DNA from: Podarcis bocagei
Taxonomy: Eukaryota
Assembly (NCBI GenBank): GCA_964188305.1
Contig: OZ076892.1
Direction: 5' to 3' (one strand)
DNA: 64,000 nucleotides
In this document: positions 1 through 12,610 of the stretch, piece by piece
How the letters are laid out: each line of letters begins with the position of its first letter
Position numbering within the stretch: position 1 is the stretch's first letter
Notes under the pieces: model-generated
Told to the model about the DNA's origin: nothing
The model's database searches: none
What the model saw: only the letters and a program-made list of their open reading frames with translations
Made by a program: the position numbers and the translations under genes

Positions 1-376
1 ACACCCCTTAACAATGTAAACACCAGCACCAGATGGTAACTATGGTTAAAGTAAACCAGGTTCCCACCAGGGTTTGCGAAGCAGCTGAGGCCTCTTTTAA
101 GTTCAGCTTCAACAGTCAGTCATTAAAAAATGGCCGCCTTTAACAGTTTTCTTCTCAAAGAGAGGCAACAATCCTCAGCCAGAGATGGCTGCTCACATTT
201 ACGAATGATGCCGAAAATGTACAAGGAGATGATGGTTGGTCTTTTCACAGGAGCCCTCTGGATTCAAGATTGGCTGTTTGTTGTGTCCTGTTTGTGGGGC
301 TGGGGTAGCTCAGGCAGTGAACGCAGAACAGTCACCTGTTTGCTCAACTCTTTCCCCCCTCCCTTCTCTGTTCCAG

Positions 377-438
377 AGTTCCTACCCCATCTGGGAAGAT
401 TTCAACTCCAAGGCAACTAAACTCCACTCCCAACTGCG
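377..438 (+). CDS. MTSS2: MTSS2 exon 2 (62 nt)
   Basis: ttccag|AGTTCCTAC...CTGCG|gtgagt; SSYPIWEDFNSKATKLHSQL(R). Confidence 0.95.
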
Positions 439-2114
439 GTGAGTTTCTCAACAGAGCTGGCACAGCAACAACACAGCTGCCATTTGTCCCCCAGCCTGGT
501 CTTCTCGCCATGTGTGTCATGAAAAGAGACTCTTGATTTCTTCTATGCTCCCAGCTTCCTCTCCCCACACCCTCCTTTCTTTAGAAAACAAACTGTGTCC
601 CCAGCTGGTTCAGGTTCTTTTGAAACCCCACAGGCAGTAACGCTGTACATAGTGAGAGTGCCCTCCAGCTGCTTTGGACTACAACTCCCATCAGACCCAA
701 AATCACCTAGTCATGCTAGCTGTAGCTGATGGGAGTTGTAGTCCAAAACAGCTGGAGGGTGGCAGGTGATGGGGTAGATTTTGCATGGCAGATTACAGTT
801 TTATCAGGCGCTTTTGGCCAAACAGCAGTGCAAGCTGGGCAAATATCCCCAAGTGGTGTATATTTTCCAGCTGGCAGCTGCTCTATGAGTTGAACGACAT
901 TGGCCAGAGAAATGAGAGCTGATGGGTGGCGGGGGGGTTGGATTATTGTAATCTGCTGCAAGCTACCTTGGATATCATTGGATCCAAAAGCTGGGTGGAG
1001 GTCTTCTCTCAGACGAAATGCAGTCTAAGTCTATTTTTTAAAAACCACCCTGCCTCATTTCTATGTGGGGAAACAAAACCTGTGCAGATCTGTGTCAGTT
1101 TTTCTGAGTGTGTCATAGGGCTCAATCTACATTCTTCCTTCCATTCTTCCTTCTCTCCCTTTTGATAGATCATCACTGTGATCTTGTTGTTAGTTCTTTG
1201 TATCCTAGGGGTTTTTATTTTCTTTCAATATTTTTCAGACCTTGTGGCTCTTTTTCTTTTGTAACAAAACAAAATTGAAGTACCAGCCCATGTACAGGCA
1301 AAGTGCTATTGAGTCTTTTAATGGCTCCTTTGCCTTTTTAATTAAACAATTCCTGTTTGGAGATTTAACTCATAGCTTTGTGATTAGCACTGGTTCAAGA
1401 TTAGTGGTGAGTAGCTTTTAATATCCTCCTGAATAGCCTTTCCTAATTGCCTTAATATTGGTTGCGGTTCCCATGGGGAGGGGAAGCTCCATTTATCATT
1501 TTTGTTTTTTAAAAAAATCATTTTAAAAAATAGCAGAATACATTTTTGGCTATATAAAAATGAGGGGTGTGGTGTGGAGACACACTTAAGGAAATCTGTA
1601 ATCCAAGCCCCCACCCCATGGGAACAGAAACTGACCCTAGGCCGGCAATTAACCAAGTGCATTCAAGGGGCACTTAATAGGCTGTTCATAATTGATGCCA
1701 GGTAGCATAAAATGGGATCATTCTATAAGGAGTAAACTTTTAATTAAAGCTTCTGAAAACCTTTCATGAACAGGATTTTCTTGTGAGTTAATGTTATAGA
1801 AGTATCTAGAGAATAATAGATAATACAATGCCATTTTAAGGCATTGTGTGGAACCTCTGTTTTCATTTTTTTTTTAGTTAATTGAACAAAGTGAGTGCCT
1901 CAGCAGCCCTAAAGGATTCAAGTGAATATAGCATTTTCCTGGTATTCTCTAGGGAAAAGTACCTTTCCAAACTACTTTGTGGCCCAACCCAGTATTTGAG
2001 TAGAGCCTGCCTCAGTTCTGCATATTTGACTATATTCCGTTAGTCTGCTAATAGCATCTGTGGCAGTTGTTTTTTCTAACAGTTACCTTGGGCATAATTT
2101 TTTCTAATGTTTTC

Positions 2115-2150
<36 letters not shown>

Positions 2151-3749
2151 TTATATTTCATGAGTGTGCTAGTTGCAGTGAGTGGATGCCAATTGTAAGT
2201 ACAATATCGGGCAACCTTGGCAGTTTCAAATTTTTAATCTTGTTTACTAATCAAATGTAAAATAAACATGATAAATTAGAATATTATGTAGGGCATCAGA
2301 AAAAAATCCTGTACAAATCACTGATCACAGTTCAAAAATTTATGGAAAACACTGTTTTCTTATGCTAGTGCTATTTCATACCTGAGTTTCTTGACGTTTT
2401 GCTGGAGGAAGGGTAGTGTATAGAACGGTGTTATCCTGGGATTAAAAAAACTAAAAACTAGGGACTGTGCCCCTGTTTCCTCCACTTGCAACACCCAAGG
2501 TGGGGAACCATTTTCGCTCTGCAAGCCATATCCTTATCAGGATCTGCCTTGTGGTCCAAAATTGACAGGTGGGCAAGTCCATCCACCTGCCAGTCAAGTG
2601 ATGTCACAAATGGCATCATGCTTCTAAGCCTGGACATTAAATCACCTCTCAGGCAGCTGCATGCTGCTAAAAAGAAGGTTTTTGCCTTCCTTTTAGTACC
2701 ACGTTGCTGCTTGTGAGGTACTTTGAAGTCCAAACTTCAAGACTCCAAAGCCCAGCAAAATGGAGCAGGGAGATCTCTCATGAACCCAGGTCAAGCTAAC
2801 TTGATCTCCCTTTGCATCAGCTGATGGGTGGAGAGGTCAGGGGCAGTTTGGCGCATCTGTTTGGCCATTTCCCAGAAGGAATGGCCAAACGGAGCTCTTT
2901 GTAAGCAATTGAAATAAAATTGGCAGACAGGGCTATCACCTTTGGTCCACCCCACCCCCCAAAAGTCCTCCTCCCTTTCTCAGGAGGCTCTTCCTCAGCT
3001 GTGTACCCTTTCTCCTCTGCCTCATTTCCTCCTTCAGTCCCTTTCCCTCCTCCTTTTCTTCAGCTTAAACCTCCTGCCCTCCAGTTTCCACCTTCCTCTC
3101 CTCCTAATTGTCATCACGCTGTAGTTTGTAGGGCTAGTGCCATCTGTCAGTGGCCTTGTGAATTACACCATGACAACAGTCTTGTATGTGTTTTACAGAG
3201 AAAAGGGAATTCAGGGGTTGGTGTGTGGAATTAATTGCAGTGCTGATGCAATCAGCTAAGAGCTGGTAGGTTTCAGTAATCAGTGGAAAGATGTAATCTG
3301 GATGCCAAGCTAGGTGTCTCTGCATCCTATCCTTTTACCTTTGGCCCTTATGTACTTAAATGGAGGATTTTACATTCATTTCTATTGAATTTACATTGTT
3401 GGTTTCAGCCCAGCTTTCCAGCCTGTCAAGGCAGTTTTAACCCTCAATTTTGTCTTCTGTAGTGTTAGCTACCCCTCAGTTTTGCATTATCTGCAGTTTT
3501 GATAAGCACTCTCTATGTTCTCCTCCAAGTCTTTTATAAAACGGCAGAGGGCCTAAGACAGAGCTCTGGGGCACCCTGTGAGACCTCCCTTCCATGTTAA
3601 TGCTGAGCCCTTGTGAGCACTTCTTGGGTATCTATGCTGGATAATAATGAGCTAGGGGTCCATTGTGTCACACCTTTGCAACAGAGAGAGTATAGGTTGC
3701 TTTGGTTGAGGTGGCACATGGAACTGAAGGATTCTTTAGTTAATAAAAT

Positions 3750-3790
<41 letters not shown>

Positions 3791-6700
3791 ACCGTCTCCA
3801 GGATTGCTATCTCTTACTCTGATATGCTATAATATTGAAGTAAAAAATGAGGACATTTTTGGGAGCAAGATAATCCAGTGAAAGTAAGAAAATATACTGT
3901 GCCAAGGAGACATGTTGTCTTGCTCAGAAGCCTTGGGGATATTTTCACAGGCTCACCTTCTGTGACAGTTCCAGTGCTTCCGGGTACTTGCCACCTGGTC
4001 CAGCCATTAATCTGGAAACACAGGCCCCTAAAGGAATATGTATATTTTGAGAAAGGCGTAAGTTCTCTAGATACTAAAGAGTACATTATATAAAATATTG
4101 CCAAAATCAGATATTTGCCCTTATCCCTAGGAAGGTAAATGGGAGCAAGATCTGCAGATAAATATTGCTTTAGACAACTGGAAATGCATATGGAACTCTG
4201 CAACTCAAATGAATATGAGCACAAACCTTGAGTTAAAAAGTTTTACAAGTGATTGTGCAGATGATGTTTCTACCCACAGAGACTGAGGGTGCTTCCGGAC
4301 AGCAGCTCTTAAGCTGCAAACAAGTCCTGCATATTCAATTTTTCTGTGTGCACTTTTGGCACACTACCTTCCACGCAATCCCATTTCCCCCCTATCTTAA
4401 TAGTCACTGATATTCTGCTGCTTGACATCCACACTAGTGGATGGATCTTGCCTTAAAATAAAAGAATTTTAGGAACGATGCTACAGAAGCCATGGCAGGC
4501 CATAAACTCCCACTACATCCGTTAGTCGTTCTTTTTGATCATACAGAAATAATACTCTCTAAGGAAGATCAGGAAATGGTTATTTATCTTTTAATGGCTG
4601 CTGGAATATGTATTTCACGTATAACAGGAAATAGGAGGTTACAACAAGCTTTCATTGGCTGTGAAAATGTCTGGGATTTTAGTATGATGAAGCTTACTAA
4701 TTTTACTCAGACAAGAAGCAGAGTAAATTGGAAAGTTACTCAGTTGAGAGTTGAGTAAGATTTTTTGGAATTGGAAAGCAAAGGAACATATATAACCCCA
4801 ATGAGTTACTATGCACAATTTAACAGCACATAAGTTGTTAATTAATGAAAGATTATCAATTCAATCTGTAAATTCTTTGTATTGATGACACAATATGGAC
4901 AAGGCATCCTTTTGTGCTGGTGGGGGGAGGGGAGCAAGCAAGCAAGGGGTGCTAATGGACTTTCTCCATTGCCCTTTCCCCAATAGAAATCCCTGCCTTC
5001 CCCCAAACCATTAGTCCCATCCGGCATGGCTAGTGGCCAGGGATGATAAGTTGTAGTCCCAACAATACAGGGCACCACTTAAGCTACTTGTGACTTGCAG
5101 AGTCACATGATCAGGGTATTAGCTAAGCCCCGCCCCTCCTTTTGTCCCACTACTCCAGCTGAAGTTGGAGCCCTGCCTCCCTGTTGCAGTGAAATAAAAG
5201 AAGTCCACACACGAGCATCATAGTGCCTAGTGTGGCTTTGATTCATTACCAGCTCCTTCCAGCAGCTAAGAGGGCAAGCCCTGGCTCTCCTAAATCCCAG
5301 GTAAATGTGCCAAAATTGTGCTATGTGAATTCTCTCTTCGAGCCATGTTGCTCCTTCCCGTGCAGCAACACAGAAGCAAAGGGGCTGGTTTTGAGAGTGG
5401 CAAGGCAGTTGCAGCATCCAGAGGGAAGCTGCAGAGCCCCCTCCCCACATACCACGGCCCCAGGATCCTGATGCAGTTGAGATCCCAAGAGGTTGAAAGT
5501 TGCCTCGACTGCCTTGCCTGTGAGCAGCTTCCAATCAAAGCTGAGTAAGAAGGTTTCCTCCCCAGAGTTCCCAAAAAGAGCCTTGCTCTCCCCCCCGACT
5601 TGTTCCCAGGGTCACCCCCTTGCTTTGCTTTCCCCCAAGAGTTTTTGGAATCCTCCCCCTTTCTGCTTGCCAGCCACCTCCTCTGGCATATCAAAGGCTT
5701 CTATGAAGGGGCCCTTTCAGCCCGTCCACCCTGGCTTTGCCGTCGCCGGATATGCCTTGTGCGGCTGCCCTATTAATAGCCCCCCTGGCTTCGCTGGTGT
5801 TTCTCAGCCCTCCGTGGAGCTGAAAGAGCCTCTTGTGTTCCGCTCAGCATCTCCTCAGCTGTTTGCGCACTGTGTTCCCCTTCCACTCTCCCAAAGCGCC
5901 TTTTGTGCTCATTGCCTATCTGGAGAGAGTGCTCTCTATTTCCTCCGCTTTCTCTGCACACAGAGTAACTCCACATCGGTTCAGAGCTAGTTTGGGGAGG
6001 GAGAGATTGAAGCTCTGGGCTCTGCCTAACAAGGAGTGTTGGCCAACCCATAAGTAGAAGGGGAGGCTGGACAAACTTGGTGCTTAAAGCCTTTTTTTGG
6101 GAAGAGCCTCCTCTGTTTTAATTAATTAATTAATTGATTGATTGGATTTATATCCCTCCTTTCCTCTCCAAGAAACCCAGGGCAGCAAACACATGTATCA
6201 TTTAAATTAAAGAAACAAAACAAAAGAAAAGAAAACATTTTAAATCGGTTTAAAACATTGTAAAAACAACTACAATTAAAAACATCTAAAATCAGTTGCA
6301 GTTAAATTATTAAAAAAATTCTAGAAGCAGCTAAAAACATTATTCCATCCAATGATCTTAGAGTTACTTGAAACAGTATTTTGTCAGCTACTCCAGAGCC
6401 AGGGAACCACCACTGAAAAGGCCCTGTCACTATCCCAGTTACTTGGCATGCAAACTGTTTGAGGCTCAATTTCTACTGGCAGCTCTAGGTAGGGCTGGGA
6501 ATGGTCTGTGTCTGAAACCCTGGAAAGCCTTGGCTGCCAGACAGTGTTCATAATGCTGCACCAGATAGACCTAGCAGTCTGTTTTGGTATTGAGGCAGCT
6601 TCCTATGTTGCTCAGACTGGGGAGAGCAGGGAGTGCAAAGTCCTTGCAGAAGCTTGGGCCAGCCATGAGCAGCCCACCCGGTTTCCAAGTGCTGCTGCTA

Positions 6701-9179
6701 AACACAGAGGCCAGATGATGTGTAAAGAAGAGGTTGGCAGACTGCAGGGCAAGGAGCCAGCCCTGAGGTGGCCAAAGGCAGCAGGACGTCAGAGAGAGAA
6801 ACTCAGGGAAAGGGAGGCCTCAGGGGGAAAGACAAGAATAAGGAGGGAAGGAAGGAAGCTGAAACAAAAACAAGGCAGGCAATATAGCTCCAAGAAAACT
6901 GAAAAGCTGAGGAAACATTGGTGCTGGCATAGAGTCTATTTGAGCTCATTTCTCTCATTCTTGAGAGAAATGCTGCCCATCCCCCACAAAAAAGAAAATT
7001 GTAGGTTTTCCATCTACCCTCCCAATTTCCTGGGGGCAGGCACCTGAGAGTGATTGCTGTGATTGGTTCCTTAAGCTCTACCTCAGACAGGTGTTTGGCT
7101 TGGCCTAGAAGTTTAGGGTAAGGATCCGTCTCATGCAGGCTTTTTAACATCAGTTCACGTGGATGTGTCATGGGACTCTCTCCATGCCTCTGAGCCATTT
7201 GGCACATGGAATCCCCAGGTTGCTAGCTTGGCTGTCTTGGCCTTGCAGCCAGCCTGTGTCCACAGAGCCCAGAGTATGCGCTGAAACACACAATGTGCTC
7301 CTTTGCAAGGTGGGTACATGTAAGGGGGGGGTGCGATGTCGGTAGAAGGTCAGCTGTGGTCAGCCCATAGTCTTTCTGGACCGCTCAGGAACCCTGATAA
7401 GCTTCAGAGTCCTCCAGACCACAGGCGTGGGCTTTAAATCACTTGTTAATAGGGTATCTGAGGAGAGTTGTGCAAGAGGCACTGGATGTCCTCAAGATTT
7501 TAGAAGCAAACAAGATCCATTTTTCTCAGAATTATTAGCCCAGTTGTACTTTTGACCTCTGATTACCTGAGTCTTGGCAGCATTTCAGGTTTAGGCCTAA
7601 GTGCTAATAATGCAGGTCTGGCCGTGAAGGGATGAGATGAGGCTTACTCACTTGTTGCACCCACCCAGCCCTTTGAGATGGCAAAAGGCTTGTGCTGTTA
7701 CTGCATGAAGACCACCAACCCTCTGATCTCTCTCTTTCTGTCCTTATGTTTTAGGACTACTGTCCTGGCTGCAGTGGCCTTCCTGGATGCCTTCCAGAAA
7801 GTGGCAGACATGGCCACCAACACACGAGGTACGTTGTGGGAGCTTTTTGGACTAAAATCTAGCTGACTGCCTGGCTCAGGCAGCACAGTCCCTGACACGT
7901 TCAAACATCAGAGATGGAGCAAGAATTGTTGTGTGTGTTTCTTTCTGTTTCTGTGACATTCCCATGGGTGACCCTACTGTGGTACTAAATTTAGTGGCTA
8001 TTGCCACATCTTGTGGCAGTGAGTTCCAAAGGCTTTAAATTTTTTAGCAATAAATATGTTTTCCCGAGGAAAAATATATTAGAGGATTTGTTATGTCGCC
8101 TCCCCACTTCTGAGGAAGCATTTGAGGCAGGTCACATCGGTAATAAACAACAGTAATAAAACAGCCAAACGAGAGGGAGGTGGCAGCAGCAGATAAAATA
8201 TGTGTTGCGTTCTGAACCAAGTTCCAGTCAGCATCTGGGAAACCCTGAGCTTGTGGTGCTTAGAGAGAGAGATTAATTTCATGGTAGAGTCTTACGTGGT
8301 CATTGGCAATCCCCCTGCTGATCTCTGCTAATCCAGACATGCTTGTGGAATCACCATGAGGGGAAGAGCAATCATCCTGCTTTTCTAGCAATGCTCATTC
8401 GAAGGCCCTGTGATAAATAGGGACCTCTTTTAAGTGGCACTTCCTTCATTTCTGTGTGGGTGCTATAGTTGCGGGGGAAATGGGCTTCTGGAGGCAGCGA
8501 GGCAGGAGCCCTTAAAAGTTACCTATAAATGAGTTCCACTGACATCAGGCAGGCGCCATCAGTGCACCTTTTGGTTTCCTGCTAAGAATATTTTTGTTCA
8601 GGCAAGTGACAGTAATTCCAGACATGTAGAAGCTGTCATGTGTTTTAATCTGGTTTAGTTTATTGTTGATATTTATTATTTTTGAATGTTTTAAATATTT
8701 GCTTTTACGTGTTGTTGTTTTTACTGATCATTTTATTATGTTTCTAAACTGCTTTGAGATTTTATCAAGCAGTATAGAAATATTGTGAAAGAAAGAAGAG
8801 TTTCAGAGTGTGCCTCTTTTCCCTCCGTGTAGGGGTGTAGCAGGGCGAAGTGACCTATTCTGGGCACCTTGTGGCATGTAGATGGCAGAGGTCTGCACCT
8901 GAGGACCAGTCTTGCTTGTGGCCCCTCAGATTGTCCTTGGATATGGGCACCACCCAAGCACAAATCAGCCAGGAAGCTCACGAGATGGTCTTGATCAAGC
9001 CCTAACCTTGAGCTGACCTGCATAACCTATTTTCACTGCCCTGAACTTCTTCAAAAAAGAGCAGAGGGAAAACACAGCTTTTTAAAAAAGTAATCTCCTC
9101 TGAGCCTTAAAAAGACCAGGTGTAACCATGCCTCCTTGTGTACACATGTAAAGGCCTACCCCTTCTCAGAATTGGCATT

Positions 9180-9246
<67 letters not shown>

Positions 9247-12200
9247 GCCCTTCACCCCTAAGGTCCAGGGTAGATTACAATTAAAACAAGGGCCATGGTA
9301 TGCCACAGTAAAAACTGTGTTATCTAAAGAAGGAGAATCAGCAGGAAGCCAGAGTTGGAAGGAATTGACTGTGCAGGTTAGTTTGTTGTTTGGCAACAAT
9401 TGACAGAATAATGTATGTGGGCAGCATTTGTGTTGAGCCATCAGTTACTGGGATAAATCTCTGAACGCGAGCAGAGAATTGGGTAGGATGGAGCAGGCGA
9501 TAAAGGAAAGCTGCAGATGCTGGTACAAAATAAGGAGATGGAGGGAGGGCTGATGTATTCTGTAGAGATATAGGGAGCACCAAATGGAGCTTGGAAGGGA
9601 AGCAAAATGTAAATAACACCTTTCACCTGAAGCAGAATGAAAAAACTGGTTTAGAATGTGAGTTAATTCCAGAATAAGGCCTGAAGACACAAGAACTCAC
9701 CACTTTGCTAAGCTAAGCAACCCTGGGCCTGGTCTGACCCCTGGATGGGAAACCACCTGGGAACCACAGGAATGCTCCCTTGGATTCGAAGGCCACAGAA
9801 AGGTGGGATAGAAATGTAAGAAATAAAATGTAAAACAAAAAAACCTACAAAGCATTGAAAGAACCAGATGGGTCATTGGCCTGACCCAGCAGGCTCTTTA
9901 TACATTCTTATGAACCTAGTTATTTCCTTTTTTCAGGAAAAGCTTGGGGTGGGAAGGGTTCTTCCTTTGAACGTGACTCTTTGTATGAGGGCAGAAGGGC
10001 TATAGAGCAGTTTCCTGACATTCTATCATGGCTGGTTCACTCCGGCTTTTAGACAAGAAGCCACAGCTTGTTATTTATAAACATCTAGGGAAGGGCTGTG
10101 ATGAGGAAACAAAGGTAGACCTCCATATTTACTTGCACAGGCTTTCTGCACCTACTACTCAAACCCATGTAGAGATTTGCGTTTGCTGCTGAGATGATGT
10201 GGCGATGCCAGCGACCCATGCCAGGCCAGGAGTGTGTATGCCTAGCAAACACATGCTCATCTGTTTGGTTATAAATCATGGGAGGGAGTTTCCCCTTTAA
10301 TGCAAAATGGACCACATGACATGTGGGGAAATGTCCTAAAGAAGTAGGGAAAGGGAGCAAGGTTCAAACCCACCTACCCTTGTGTGCTTACTTTTAGTTT
10401 TAGAAGTAACCCCCCTCTTCCAAACCAGTGGGCAACACATGTTTAATGAACAGGTCCATGCCTGGCTTAGCCCAGCCTGCCACCTCCCCCAAGTCCACAG
10501 AATACCCTGTTCTTTAGGTCTAGGGAATTAAGGGAAGCCTTAGTGGACAGATGTGCAGGGTGATTACTAAAGGAGGGAGCCACAGGTAATAGAAAATACA
10601 GCCATGGCTGTGATTTGGAAAGGAGGTCAGGGGAGGGGAAAGGGAGTCCTTTAGGAGGAGGGGCTTCTGGGCTGCCTGGTAGCTTGAAGTGTGTGGCCCT
10701 TTGGAGGATTCCACAAGAGGGGAGACTGAGGCATAGATCATGCAAATGGAAAATGAGGTGGTAAAACTTTTCATCTGCGCCATTTCAGATCACAAGTGGG
10801 AAACAGTTGCATGCTTCTCAATAGTAGTAGTAGTAATTATAATTATAATTTATATTCCGTCATCTGAGCAGCTTCCAGCAAATTAAATATTAGCATGTTA
10901 TTAGCATAAGAGCATATAAAACTATTCCTTACCCCACCCCCAGCTTTCTATATGTGAGTCTCAGGCTGTGAATGAGAGTTGCTTTGCTCTGTAATTCTTT
11001 TTGACATCCTTCTTGCCTGCCTAGCCTGTGGGCTGCACTGCTGACTCAGACCATAGTGAATGTCCCATCTGATGCATCTGGATCTATCTTGGGAACATAG
11101 CTTCTATGCTTGAACCACATGCCTAGGACATCACCCAGTTCCATACTCTCAATTTTTCCTGCAGACTAGAACTGCCAATTCACCCATAGCTGTTTACTGA
11201 AAGAATGGCTGAATCCAATTTTTCACCATCCAGGTATTTTGTGTGGGTGGGCAGTTTCTGCCTCTGGAGGTTAGATGTCTTGGTTATGGCATGAAACTAA
11301 AAGGAACTGAATTATATAGAGTGGGACATGATAGGTAATCACCCAGAGCCAGTTGGCAGCTAGATATCATCCTTCTCTTTGGGTCTCCTTCTGTGCAGCT
11401 GTTCAGCAGAGAGCAGCTGAGAGGGAAGACTTTGATGATGTGCAAAGTGTGCAATTGTGGTTCTTTCTTCTGTAGGAAGATCAAAGCGGAGGCAGGGGTG
11501 TCTCAGGTGGTAGACTTACGTTCCGTACAAATATGCAAAAAGTCATTCATGCATTTCTTTAATTGCGTGCATTAAGTTTTGAGGTTGCCATTGCAATTTG
11601 AAGTTTGAGATGTTGAATAGTTGTAAGGCAGACTTGCAGCTCAGCTGTTATTTGCATTCTTCTGCTGCTATGATTGAGTTTATTTTGCCTTTCGCGCATT
11701 CAGGACAGAAAGGGACGTTGAGAGCTTTTTTTACGAAGTAAAGAAAACATCTAGGGAGAAAATAGAAGGTGAAACAATTTTAGATACACCCCTTTGCTTG
11801 TAGTGTTTGCTCTTTAACTCACAATGCCTTGCCCTGCTCACTGTGTTAGGCCACTCGTGAAAGCACTTTCATGGCGACAGCTTTTTTGATCCTAAAGGCG
11901 GCAGATATGTTCAGGATTGAATGCCTGGTGCATGTGCTTGTACCACTTGGCTGTCCTTAATCAAGGCTGGCTTCATTGCCCCAAGTTTCCTGGAGTAAAC
12001 AAGCAACTAGTCCATGGGAAGGAAGCCATTGTGCCCACAAGCCTGCATCATCTTGGTATTCTAAAGCTGTCTAATGCTTCGACGTGGCAGGAAATTTGCC
12101 AAGGAAATTTACATGCAAAGTTAAAATGGTCAACAATGCAATAAAGCAGTCTGTGGCTCAAGAGTGACTTTTACTAGCACTGTGGGCTTGTCTGGAAAAA

Positions 12201-12579
12201 TAATAATTTTGCCACATTTCCTCATGACTTAGTAATATCTAGGGCAATGCTATATGTGGGGCTGCCAATAAAAAGTGTTGAGAAACTTCAGTGCAGTAGA
12301 TTCAAAGTGTGGTAGACACATATGGACTAGGATCTGCTGTGCTGATAATATTTGACCAGTGGTTGAAAGATGTTCACTGGCTTCTCCAGTTCTCTACCAG
12401 GCTCAGCTCATGTTGTTTGTTTGTTTTCTACCTATAATGCCCCAAGTGGCTTGGAATCATGGCTTTTGAAGGGCTGTCTATCCTAGCTTTCCCCAACTTG
12501 GTGCCCTCTAACATATTTGGAGACAGGGCTGGACAACTCCCATATGAACTTGCCTGTATATGGAGTTGCTTAGCTCTCG

Positions 12580-12610
<31 letters not shown>

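Noticed and set aside
5103-7207. Cluster of 130-180 aa ORFs in MTSS2 intron 2
   Set aside because: No recognisable domains, low-complexity composition, overlapping on both strands; likely decayed repeat or chance.
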